In this document: positions 44,567 through 53,641 of the stretch, piece after piece
Layout: each line of letters starts with the position of its first letter
How positions within the stretch are numbered: position 1 is the first letter of the stretch
IMG/VR virus record: IMGVR_UViG_3300035670_000030
Span: 1-64,000 of that record
DNA length: 64,000 bases
Origin: a virus
Strand: one strand, 5' to 3'
Notes under the pieces: generated by a model
The model's input: only the letters and a program-made list of their open reading frames with translations
The model's database searches: none
Told to the model about the DNA's origin: nothing
Made by a program: the position numbers and the translations under genes

Positions 44567-45475
44567 GTGATTAAAAAATATTTACTACCTGGAGATCAAA
44601 TTATTGAGACTGGGGATATTGTAACTTTATCAGATATTATAGATTGGGGAGTAATTGATATTGATGTTCCAAAATTATGGAATAAAAATAAAGGTGAAAA
44701 TATCTCTGTTATGGTATGTGATACCGGAATAATTGACCATGAAGATTTAAAAGATAATATAGATTTTGATAAAGCTAAAAGTTTTATAAAAAATGAAGAT
44801 TATATAGATCATCAAGGTCATGGCACTTCTGTAGCAGGAGTCATAGCAGCAAAAGATTCGGGTTTTGGAGTTATTGGTGTAGCCCCACATTCAAAAATAA
44901 TTCCAGTCAAAACATTATCAAATAAAGGTTTTGCTTACAATAATAGTCTAGAATCTTCTTTAAGATATGCTTTAGAAATCAAACCAGATATTGTTAATAT
45001 GTCTTTAGGTGGCAAGTCTCCTCAGGGACCAGTTTTTCATGATTTAATTAAGGAATTATATAAAATTAACATTCCTGTAATTTGTGCTATGGGAAATTAT
45101 GGAGAGAACTATTCTTGTTTTCCAGCAGATTATCCTGAAACCATTGGGGTAACTTCTTATAAAAAAGATCGCAATATATCTAATTTTTCTTCTAGAAGTG
45201 TTGATGCTGATTTTGCGCTTCCTGGGGAAAATATTTTAACAACAACTTTAAATAATCAATATTCAATTGTAAATGGCACGAGTTTTGCAGCGCCATTTTT
45301 ATCTGGTTTGGTGGCAATTATTCTTTCAGAGGCAAAGAAGAAAAATATTAATTATACGATAGATCAATTAAAAAATATCTTAATACAAAGCTGTGAAGAT
45401 TATGGTCCAGCTGGAAAAGATAATTTATTTGGTTATGGTATACTTAATATAAGTAAATTAGATGCTTTAATTTAA
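44567..45475 (+). CDS. subtilisin-like S8 serine protease
   Basis: DTG, HGTSVAG, NMSLGG, AMGN, GTSFAAP; GTG start 8 nt after GTGTAA(44553). Confidence 0.92.
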   Translation: MIKKYLLPGDQIIETGDIVTLSDIIDWGVIDIDVPKLWNKNKGENISVMVCDTGIIDHEDLKDNIDFDKAKSFIKNEDYIDHQGHGTSVAGVIAAKDSGFGVIGVAPHSKIIPVKTLSNKGFAYNNSLESSLRYALEIKPDIVNMSLGGKSPQGPVFHDLIKELYKINIPVICAMGNYGENYSCFPADYPETIGVTSYKKDRNISNFSSRSVDADFALPGENILTTTLNNQYSIVNGTSFAAPFLSGLVAIILSEAKKKNINYTIDQLKNILIQSCEDYGPAGKDNLFGYGILNISKLDALI

Positions 45476-45494
45476 AAAATTAAACCTTATTTAA

Positions 45495-46118
45495 TTAATA
45501 ACCGAATGCTTTTAGAGTATATTTAAAAGGTCTATTTTCTATAGACTTAACCGCATGTGCCATTTGTTTAGCAACATCTTGAATTTCTTTTTGCGCATTA
45601 TCATTATCACGCAACTTTAAAAAGTTTGCAAAACTACGCATATTAAACATAACATCTGCCTCAATTTGAGTATTATAAGTTCTAAAAAATCTTGCTGATT
45701 CTTTTGCGCGCTTTCTATCTATTCCATAGGAATTAGTAAGACTTTCAACACATTCATGATATAATTTTAATCCTTGAGATGTATAATCCTCTAATTTATC
45801 AATCCATTCAATAGGCCAATCATAAGGAATGTAATATTTATCTTCTTTTAATTCTTTGTAACGCGCCGATTCCGCGTTAATACTTGAGATGCGGTGTTTA
45901 AGTAAATGAATATGTGTTGCAATATCAGTGTTAACTAAAAAATGAACAACACCTTTTTCAAATGGCGTCTCATGACCATTTGACCATAACATATTAATTA
46001 AGTTTTCAATTCGGTTACGTTTTTCTTCACTTAAGTCTCTAGATGTCGAAGTCCATGCTGAACAAGCAATTATTTCATCTGACCCATAGTATCCAAGTAA
46101 TGTTACAGTATTATTCAT
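45495..46118 (-). CDS. thyX: FAD-dependent thymidylate synthase
   Basis: GHETPFE, HLLKHRISSINAESARY, AR, NMRS..NF..LR...AQ.EI. Confidence 0.92.
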   Translation of the reverse strand: MNNTVTLLGYYGSDEIIACSAWTSTSRDLSEEKRNRIENLINMLWSNGHETPFEKGVVHFLVNTDIATHIHLLKHRISSINAESARYKELKEDKYYIPYDWPIEWIDKLEDYTSQGLKLYHECVESLTNSYGIDRKRAKESARFFRTYNTQIEADVMFNMRSFANFLKLRDNDNAQKEIQDVAKQMAHAVKSIENRPFKYTLKAFGY

Positions 46119-46170
46119 AATAATAATTATTATAACTTAATATTATGACTATTTTAATTTATAATCAATA

Positions 46171-46734
46171 TTAATATTGTTTTTCTTCGTATGTGTAATC
46201 GTAATATTCAATATCGTCTTTATATATATCTGTAACTATTTCTCTTGCCTCTTGATCGTAGAAACTACTATAATGTGCTCGTGGAAGCCATGCTCCAAAT
46301 CGAGGTAATATTATCGATTCAACACCAATTATTTTACAAACAAGACTGAAATCAGTTTGTAAGTTTTCATATCTTCCAATAAAATCTACGCTTCTATCTA
46401 TCCACCATTTAATTGGTCTGAAATGTATTCTAAAAGAATCTCTTAAAATATTTTTAACAAATTTTTTAAAATCTTTTGGTATTGTTCTTCCGTATTCTAT
46501 ATCTTTTCCGTTTCCAAGTCCGTTTATTAAATATTGATGAGCGCTAACAATTCTATCGTACGGATTTCTTACAAAAGTAAACGTAAAATAATTTTTGTGA
46601 TCAATATGTTCGAACTCAGCAGCCCTGCTATGTTTAATAATATTTTTATGATCAAAATGGTGTTTAAGTGCAAATTGTATTGATCGCCCTCCTGTTTTGG
46701 GAATATGAATGAATAATGGAGTTTTTTTACACAT
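46171..46734 (-). CDS. sulfotransferase family 2 protein
   Basis: FIHIPKTGGRSI; VRNPYDRIVSA; IGRYENL. Confidence 0.88.
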   Translation of the reverse strand: MCKKTPLFIHIPKTGGRSIQFALKHHFDHKNIIKHSRAAEFEHIDHKNYFTFTFVRNPYDRIVSAHQYLINGLGNGKDIEYGRTIPKDFKKFVKNILRDSFRIHFRPIKWWIDRSVDFIGRYENLQTDFSLVCKIIGVESIILPRFGAWLPRAHYSSFYDQEAREIVTDIYKDDIEYYDYTYEEKQY

Positions 46735-46741
46735 AAACAAA

Positions 46742-46882
46742 TTATTTATCTAATTCAGTAGTTTTATAATTATGATATCTTGACTTTTCTCCATACTTAG
46801 CCTCAAATTCTTCTGGATGAAAAGTTTCGATCTCGCTTTTGATACAGTCTTCAATATATTGATCAAATTCTTCTTGTGTCAT
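46742..46882 (-). CDS. small acidic protein (46 aa, MTQEEFDQYIEDCIK...), absent from ORF track
   Basis: Manual translation; fills gap. Confidence 0.65.
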   Translation of the reverse strand: MTQEEFDQYIEDCIKSEIETFHPEEFEAKYGEKSRYHNYKTTELDK

Positions 46883-46883
46883 G

Positions 46884-47774
46884 TTATATGTTTCTGGTCT
46901 CATTTGTTTTTTGTAAAAATTCAGTAATTGCGGCTTCTATCGGTATTTCATTTTTAAACCCCGTAAATTCTAAATTAGGAAAGTAGTTATTAAAAAACTT
47001 AAATTTTTTAGAATTTACCATTGGTTGGCCATAACCAGCCGCTTCAATATCTTCTTCTTTTATGTCTATGTCTTTTAAAGATAAAGAATTTAAGATTTTA
47101 GATATGAGTCCTATATAGTATTTTTTACTAGGATGATTATGCTGATAAGCTAAAAGAGTCGTTTTATAATTTTCTTTCACAAAACTTTCCATGCAAATAT
47201 AATTATTATATTTTACTGAATCCTCTTTTGCTCTTAACGCGTTTTCATTTCTATATCGTTCAAAATCTGTGCATATCGGATAGTCTCTTTCTAAAATATT
47301 TATTAACCCTGTATCATCAGAATCTCTAATGAAAGATGCTATCTCATTGATATTATTTTTGTCTTTTACTTTTGTTCTTGCATATTCTATATATGGTTTT
47401 AAGGATACCCAGTCACTGCAATATAAAAATAAACGTACATTTGGAAGACAAATGTTCATACCACTGGAGATATTTTCACATAAATATTCTGTTTTAAGTT
47501 CTGTTATAGGTGTGATCTCTGTAGAGGTAAATATAAAGATATCCGCCTGCTTTAATTTTTCATGCACAGATTTATAAATTTCTTTTTGTATTGGCTGATT
47601 TTCTTTTGTCCATACAGCAAAGTTTGTTTTATCGCCCCTCCAAATATTCATTGGAGCACAACTTTCATCACATTTAATAATCTCAAATGATTCTTTTAAT
47701 TTTTCGTTTTTTGAAAAAAAACGGGAGACCGTCCCAGTCTGGCAGTTACCATAAAATAATATTTTAAGTTTCAT
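46884..47774 (-). CDS. WcbI-like polysaccharide biosynthesis protein
   Basis: ILFYGNCQ N-terminus, ADIFIF, HNHPS. Confidence 0.65.
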   Translation of the reverse strand: MKLKILFYGNCQTGTVSRFFSKNEKLKESFEIIKCDESCAPMNIWRGDKTNFAVWTKENQPIQKEIYKSVHEKLKQADIFIFTSTEITPITELKTEYLCENISSGMNICLPNVRLFLYCSDWVSLKPYIEYARTKVKDKNNINEIASFIRDSDDTGLINILERDYPICTDFERYRNENALRAKEDSVKYNNYICMESFVKENYKTTLLAYQHNHPSKKYYIGLISKILNSLSLKDIDIKEEDIEAAGYGQPMVNSKKFKFFNNYFPNLEFTGFKNEIPIEAAITEFLQKTNETRNI

Positions 47775-47778
47775 TTAA

Positions 47779-48435
47779 TTATTTATCTTTATTTTGCTCA
47801 AACTGGTAAAAATAAAGTTCTTCTTCTCCAGCAAACCAACGGCTTCCAGTTTGTTCACAAGAAAATTCTTTATTAAAAACCATCCATTTTTCATGGCCTT
47901 TTAATTCAGAACCTATCCAGGCACCACCATCACGCCAAACTACACGATTTCCAGGTTGAATAAAATATTGCCCACCCTCACCTATCAATAAATGTCCTTG
48001 TTTATGGCCACCAGGGTTTTCACTTTGACCAGTCCTAAATTCTGGGCCATAAATCCAATCAAATGTCATTAAATATGTTGCATTATGCCAAGTTTTATCT
48101 TTTAAAACAATTTTACAAGCACTATTTTTTAAATATTCATATTTAATACACGATACGTATGGGGAGAAACTATCCCATAACTCAAGCCAATCAAGAGGAA
48201 AATTACTTAAACCTTCTTCTGGTAATTTATTATTTAGATAATGTATAGGGACTCTAGTATGAATACTACCCATTTCAGTCATTACAGAAAAAAGGCCGCA
48301 TCTTCTATTAATAGAAGTGAATCCAAATACTTCTACTGGAATAAATTCTTCTGTTTCTCTGGGTTTTTTATTATATAAAAAACTTGTATCTAAATAAGAT
48401 GTAAAAATTGGAATATCTGTATTAATATAAGACAT
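47779..48435 (-). CDS. conserved phage hypothetical protein
   Basis: RVPIH, LELWDSFS, YLMTFDW, HKQGH, QPGNRV.W. Confidence 0.75.
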   Translation of the reverse strand: MSYINTDIPIFTSYLDTSFLYNKKPRETEEFIPVEVFGFTSINRRCGLFSVMTEMGSIHTRVPIHYLNNKLPEEGLSNFPLDWLELWDSFSPYVSCIKYEYLKNSACKIVLKDKTWHNATYLMTFDWIYGPEFRTGQSENPGGHKQGHLLIGEGGQYFIQPGNRVVWRDGGAWIGSELKGHEKWMVFNKEFSCEQTGSRWFAGEEELYFYQFEQNKDK

Positions 48436-48472
48436 TTAGGTGTAATTCTTATATATATATTACATTTTTAAT

Positions 48473-48811
48473 ATGCTTACTTCCAATAAAAATAAGAAAA
48501 AAATTGTTGCAAACAATCCTAAACCCATTCATTTGTCAGATTTTTTGTCATTTGATAATATATGGAAATTAGCTATTTTAGCATTCATGATAGCTAGTTT
48601 ATATTTGCAAAATAATTTTATTACCAAATCAGAGTATAACAAAACTTCTGAAAAAGTACAAAGAATAGAGTTAATTCTAGGCCAGTTAGAAATAAAAAAT
48701 CAAGTTGATATTTCTCAAACTAAAACATTAGAACTAATTGAAATAAGATTGAGACAATTAGAACAAATGGTAGCTATTTTGGAATCTAGGCGTAATGAAA
48801 AAGAGAACTAA
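48473..48811 (+). CDS. membrane-anchored coiled-coil protein
   Basis: One TM then heptads; GTGTAA at 48440. Confidence 0.65.
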   Translation: MLTSNKNKKKIVANNPKPIHLSDFLSFDNIWKLAILAFMIASLYLQNNFITKSEYNKTSEKVQRIELILGQLEIKNQVDISQTKTLELIEIRLRQLEQMVAILESRRNEKEN

Positions 48812-49007
48812 AAAAATAATAAAAATATGCATTCAGTCAATGCTTATTTTATCTATTGTTTTATTGGGGGTTGCATTTTGTTTAATTTCTGTACGGCTAG
48901 GATTAGGTTTTAAATTAGACCCACCTTTTTGTTGGGCATCATTTTTACAAATGGGATTACTGATGTTAACAGGATGGGCATTTAATAAGGAATTATTTTA
49001 TTATTAA
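48795..49007 (+). CDS. small two-TM membrane protein (holin-like topology)
   Basis: Basic N-terminus, two hydrophobic helices. Confidence 0.55.
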   Translation: MKKRTKKIIKICIQSMLILSIVLLGVAFCLISVRLGLGFKLDPPFCWASFLQMGLLMLTGWAFNKELFYY

Positions 49008-50035
49008 AAATAAGTAATATTACCAACTTGTTTTAGAGCATGGTTTATCATGCGAATATCATCTTTACTCACTGACTTCAAATTAGAAATTTCTTCCAAT
49101 GCTGGTTTAAAATATGGAGCATGTTCAAGAATAAAAGTTTTAAATTTATTATCACTAAAAAATAATGATGTGATACGTTCGTTATCAATTGTTGGCAAAA
49201 AGAATTTCATATAATCATCTTTTCTTTTGATAATAGGAAGGGCTGCTTGAAAGTTATTTTCGTCTTCAAAAAACTTTTGGGCTTTTTGTGCGTCTTTTGT
49301 TTTAAAAAGACTTTTGATTTTATCTTCAAGGCTACCAAGTTTAAGTGTCGCTACTAATTTTGTTGGATTTGTTTCGAGTGGTAAAACATCAAATACATCA
49401 CCACCCTCTTTATGAATTTCTAGAGCATAATCAAGCCTTCTTGGAGAAACAATTTTTTTAGCTTTGTCTGGAATTCCATTCCACCATTCAAGTGCAGATT
49501 TGGCCCAGTCTTTACCAAATTTATCTTCAAAATATTCGATATCTGGAATAAATGGAACTTTAATACGAATTTGAAAACGATCTATTTGAGCGCCATCAAG
49601 TTCTTCTACGTCATATTCTTCTTCATCATCACTTGGATTAATAGCTACCCAAACAACCTTAAGATTGGGAAATTTACGACCATTAATACTTTTAAATTGA
49701 ATAAGCTCCATTGTAGCATTACGAATTTTCTTATGGCTACGGTTATATTCATCAATAAAAATAGCTTCTACAGTATCATCTGACATTTTTTCCGGAAGAA
49801 CAAATGAAAGAACATAATCATTTCCTTTCTTAATTTCTTTGGGAACGCCTACAAAATCAACCCACGGATCAAGAGTTGATCCAGAAAAATAAAGCCAATT
49901 TTTACAATTTTTATTAAATATTTCTGTAATTAAACTTGTTTTACCAGTCCCATGACGACCTTCCAATAGGACATTTTTATTTAATTTAAAATAATGTTCT
50001 AATTTATTTTTAATTGTATTCAAATCATTTGCCAT
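49004..50035 (-). CDS. MoxR-like AAA ATPase
   Basis: GRHGTGKT, DFVGVP, FIDEYNR, AINP, DRF, SPR; TTGTTT-17-TAATAT-6-ATG. Confidence 0.85.
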   Translation of the reverse strand: MANDLNTIKNKLEHYFKLNKNVLLEGRHGTGKTSLITEIFNKNCKNWLYFSGSTLDPWVDFVGVPKEIKKGNDYVLSFVLPEKMSDDTVEAIFIDEYNRSHKKIRNATMELIQFKSINGRKFPNLKVVWVAINPSDDEEEYDVEELDGAQIDRFQIRIKVPFIPDIEYFEDKFGKDWAKSALEWWNGIPDKAKKIVSPRRLDYALEIHKEGGDVFDVLPLETNPTKLVATLKLGSLEDKIKSLFKTKDAQKAQKFFEDENNFQAALPIIKRKDDYMKFFLPTIDNERITSLFFSDNKFKTFILEHAPYFKPALEEISNLKSVSKDDIRMINHALKQVGNITYF

Positions 50036-50077
50036 GACTTAATATTAAAATGATTTTATAAAAAAAACAAGAAACTT

Positions 50078-50371
50078 TTAAAGAAATTTATGCAAAAATT
50101 TATATAAGAAGCATGCGAATAAATGTGTGATTAATCCACAACAAATATTTGTTAAAAATATAATATTTAAGTCTAGAACTAAAGGATTGTATAAAAATGA
50201 AACAAATAAACCAATCCAAAAACTACTACATTCTGGACATAATAATGGTCTCCTAACGTATGGGATTTTGGCAACAAAATTTCTTATTGGTACAAAAATA
50301 TCCGCAAAACTCCACATGTATGAAAAACTTAGGCTAATACATATATAATATAGTAAATCAAAAAAGTACAT
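50078..50371 (-). CDS. DUF1360-like membrane protein
   Basis: LLCPECSSFWIG between TM helices. Confidence 0.65.
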   Translation of the reverse strand: MYFFDLLYYICISLSFSYMWSFADIFVPIRNFVAKIPYVRRPLLCPECSSFWIGLFVSFLYNPLVLDLNIIFLTNICCGLITHLFACFLYKFLHKFL

Positions 50372-50375
50372 AATG

Positions 50376-50813
50376 TTATAAAAAGTAAATATGCAATTTA
50401 CCTTCTGGACTTATTGCTGTAGAAAAATTTCTAAATTGTGCGCGATCTTTATTAACAAAATCCATAAATTCTTTAAATTTTTCTTCTGTATTTTCAATTA
50501 CAAACATTTTTCCATAATAAGGTTTTGGAGTTAATGCGGCGTAATCAATATTTAAAACTGATTGTATTTTATCTAAGTTTTCTTTATTGGATAAATAATT
50601 ATTTAATAAATTTAAAGATTTATCTTTATTATTAAGTAGTTCTGTTTCAACTTTTTTTACACAACTACAATTTGGATTCGTAGATGCACTTTGAATATCT
50701 GCATAAATATTTGGAAATTCTGATTGTAAAATTGATTTAAAATCATCAGATATTCGAATCAGATTTAAAATAATTTTTTGAAAATATGCTTCTTTTTCTT
50801 TAGGGATACTCAT
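50376..50813 (-). CDS. hypothetical protein
   Basis: NPNCSC motif. Confidence 0.7.
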   Translation of the reverse strand: MSIPKEKEAYFQKIILNLIRISDDFKSILQSEFPNIYADIQSASTNPNCSCVKKVETELLNNKDKSLNLLNNYLSNKENLDKIQSVLNIDYAALTPKPYYGKMFVIENTEEKFKEFMDFVNKDRAQFRNFSTAISPEGKLHIYFL

Positions 50814-50839
50814 GTTATATATTAATTTATATATGGTAA

Positions 50840-52078
50840 TTATTCAAAATTTTTTAATTGATGAACTTTACATCCTTCGGGGATATAAGCTGTTGTTCCA
50901 TCATCGGTTAAAAACCAATTCCATTTTTTTCTCTGTTCTTCTGGAATTTGTGCGCCATACCCCCAACCATCTGTAAGAACCCATACAAATGGTTTTATTT
51001 TATGTTTATTATAGATAAAATCAGTAATACAACGAAAACTCGTTCCACCACCACCATCAAGTTTTTGTTTTTTTAAATCTACTTCGTATACCATTGTATC
51101 AAAAGCAAAATATTTCACATCAAATTTTTCTGGATCTAAACTTTTTGCCGCATGAAAAAATCGTGGAGCTAATCCCCAACATGAACCACTAGTATCCATA
51201 AAAAACCAAGTAGCAACTTTTTCGCTTTCTGTTTTTCTTAACGTCTGTTCAATATCAGATGGTAAAAAAATATTAAAATTAAGATTGTAAAGACGACGAT
51301 CTTTCATTATCCAGTGAGATTCTAGTCCTTCATCTTTAGACATTTTCTTTTCAAAACGTCTGATAATACTTTCCCATTTCTTTTTATATTGAGTTGGTTT
51401 ATTTTCAATTTTTTGAATTAGACCACCTTTAGTATTACCAATAGATTTATCGTCATTTTTTCGCGCATTTTTTTCAGCATCTTCGGTAATATTTTTAAGG
51501 CTTTCAGCTTCTTCTTCAGAAAGATTATTTATAATTTGTTGTACCGAATCTTCTGGAAAGTCTCCAAGACCACTATGATCATTAATAAGTTGTTTATTTT
51601 TTACAAACTTTGCATCTTTTAAAAGCCTATTATAATAATATTCAAAGTTATTCCATGGTAGAATATTCGGATCATTATCAAATGAATTATCCATCCAATA
51701 ATATTCAGTTTTAGGGTCTATTTCTTGGCGGTTAAATTTAAAATATTTAACAAGACTTTCATTAACAACAATATCCATTGCTTGATTAGCCAAATTTGAC
51801 ATCTTTTTGCCAGCACGTTTGCCATGAGAATTAATTACGTGAAGGCATTCATGAGCAATAATAAACTTTTTATTATGATCGCTTTGTTTGTCCCAAAACT
51901 TTTTATTAATTAAAAATTCAATGCAGTTACCTTCTTTATTAAATCCCACGCATGCAGTATCAATGGAATTGCTGAAAATAGGCTTAACCAAACGCCAAAA
52001 CTGATAAAATACTCCATGATGCTCAAGAAGCGACTCCAAAATTTGGCGGTATTCTTCATATGTAAGATTCTGGTTCAC
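50840..52078 (-). CDS. DUF2201-type metallopeptidase-VWA protein
   Basis: TACV, AHECLH, N.AMD..VN, DHS; MIDAS DTSGS, GGGGTSF, LTDG. Confidence 0.88.
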   Translation of the reverse strand: MNQNLTYEEYRQILESLLEHHGVFYQFWRLVKPIFSNSIDTACVGFNKEGNCIEFLINKKFWDKQSDHNKKFIIAHECLHVINSHGKRAGKKMSNLANQAMDIVVNESLVKYFKFNRQEIDPKTEYYWMDNSFDNDPNILPWNNFEYYYNRLLKDAKFVKNKQLINDHSGLGDFPEDSVQQIINNLSEEEAESLKNITEDAEKNARKNDDKSIGNTKGGLIQKIENKPTQYKKKWESIIRRFEKKMSKDEGLESHWIMKDRRLYNLNFNIFLPSDIEQTLRKTESEKVATWFFMDTSGSCWGLAPRFFHAAKSLDPEKFDVKYFAFDTMVYEVDLKKQKLDGGGGTSFRCITDFIYNKHKIKPFVWVLTDGWGYGAQIPEEQRKKWNWFLTDDGTTAYIPEGCKVHQLKNFE

Positions 52079-52362
52079 AAAAATTCTTTTTCTGCAGCAT
52101 TTTTTAATTCTTCAGCATCTTGATAGTAACCAGCATTGGCCAAAATTTTAGGAGCAAATATGATCCAATGTTCTCCCTCGTCTTTCATTTTATTATGAAA
52201 TACTCTAAGTATTGCACCAAATTGGATAGAATCTTCTTCTGTTTTTAAAGACTCTAAAATTAGCTCTACTCCACGAGTTGCAATTTCGGAAGGGTCGGAG
52301 TCAATACTCGCTTTTATATTTTTTGACCAATCGACACCTTCTACTGTCCATGTTACTATCAT
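52075..52362 (-). CDS. hypothetical protein
   Basis: ILANAGY; TTGACT(52400)-17-TATCAT. Confidence 0.7.
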   Translation of the reverse strand: MIVTWTVEGVDWSKNIKASIDSDPSEIATRGVELILESLKTEEDSIQFGAILRVFHNKMKDEGEHWIIFAPKILANAGYYQDAEELKNAAEKEFL

Positions 52363-52406
52363 ATAATCAATATGATAGAACTTCTTTATTAATTAGTCAA
52401 TAAGAT

Positions 52407-53609
52407 TTACCAAGCCTTACAAGACCAATATCTTGCTTTCCATTTTGGTCCAGGATTATCGCAATTATGTCTTGCGCGAAAGCTTTTTCTTCTTTCTGGA
52501 ATATTCTTTTTAATCTTCATATTCGGGTCACCGAATCTTACAATTACAACATTACCACTCTCATTCTTTGTATATACCGCAAATTTTTTAGGACCGCCTG
52601 GGGTTCTAAATGGTTTATTCAGGGTGACTTTTCTACCTTGGTATTCAGCACCCTGAGCTTTTTTCCAAGCTTCTGGTGATGGACGATCTTTGTCTCCAGG
52701 TTTTGCTGGTTTATAATTTTTGCCTTCTCTTTGTTTTTTTCTTCTTATATTTTCCCAAAGACCAGGTCTTTCTTTAGCAATGTCAATTTCTACAACATCA
52801 CTTTCATCAAATGCAACTTCTTCTGCTGAAACGTACTCAGACTCCTCTGGAATATAAAGATTATCTACAGTAAGATCTTCTGCAGCGGCATCTACTTCAG
52901 ACTCTTCATAATCTTCGTTTTCTTCAACAAACATTACATAGTTATGTATAGTGAGCATGTAATCTTCAGTAATAGCAATTTTACCTTGTAACCAAGATTC
53001 GGTTAAATTTTCTTTAACCATGGGAGTCTCTAATGATTCTAAAATATTTTCGGCGTGTTTTTTAATAGAATTTAAAGAACCCACGGACATATTGAAAAAG
53101 TCTTGTTTATATTCTTCTAAAGATTCCGAAGCTTGAGCTTGTTCTTCCATTTTTTCTTCAACTTTTTCTTCAACCATTTTTTCGATCATTTTCTTTTGAA
53201 GAAAATTTGGATCCTGTTTCTTTTTTAGCTCATGTTGATCCATTTTTAATTTAATCATTGCTTCGGCCTCATTTCGATTTGTAAAACAATATTCTAATTT
53301 TGCTTCATCCTCTTCCATTTCTACAACTGCAAATGGACAGTCTTTATAATTTTCTACAATAATATATGATTTATCTGAAGCTATTAATTTATTATTATCA
53401 CACTCTTTACATTCAGAAATAATTAAAACTTCATTATCTCCTTCTCCAACTGAAGCTGTTGCGCTAGCTTTTGCTTTTTGCCATTGCGAATAACAAACTG
53501 CGACACGCTGTTTCGTATCTTTAAAATCTTTATTCATTGTTTCATTCCCAGCACAACGTGAAATAAAATCACCTTGTTTTTCATTCTTTTTCGGCATCGG
53601 TAAAGGCAT
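52407..53609 (-). CDS. multi-module phage head-associated protein with DUF6321-like C-terminus
   Basis: MPLP.P...E...FISRC; WLQGKI; GLWENIR; AEYQGRKVTLNKPFR...HNCD...ARYWSCKAW; GTGTAA at 53625-53620. Confidence 0.65.
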   Translation of the reverse strand: MPLPMPKKNEKQGDFISRCAGNETMNKDFKDTKQRVAVCYSQWQKAKASATASVGEGDNEVLIISECKECDNNKLIASDKSYIIVENYKDCPFAVVEMEEDEAKLEYCFTNRNEAEAMIKLKMDQHELKKKQDPNFLQKKMIEKMVEEKVEEKMEEQAQASESLEEYKQDFFNMSVGSLNSIKKHAENILESLETPMVKENLTESWLQGKIAITEDYMLTIHNYVMFVEENEDYEESEVDAAAEDLTVDNLYIPEESEYVSAEEVAFDESDVVEIDIAKERPGLWENIRRKKQREGKNYKPAKPGDKDRPSPEAWKKAQGAEYQGRKVTLNKPFRTPGGPKKFAVYTKNESGNVVIVRFGDPNMKIKKNIPERRKSFRARHNCDNPGPKWKARYWSCKAW

Positions 53610-53641
53610 AATATATAATTTACACCTAAGAATTTGATAAT

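Noticed and set aside
48473-49007. Definite lysis cassette (holin/spanin)
   Set aside because: Only membrane topology and the late motif support it; no adjacent endolysin
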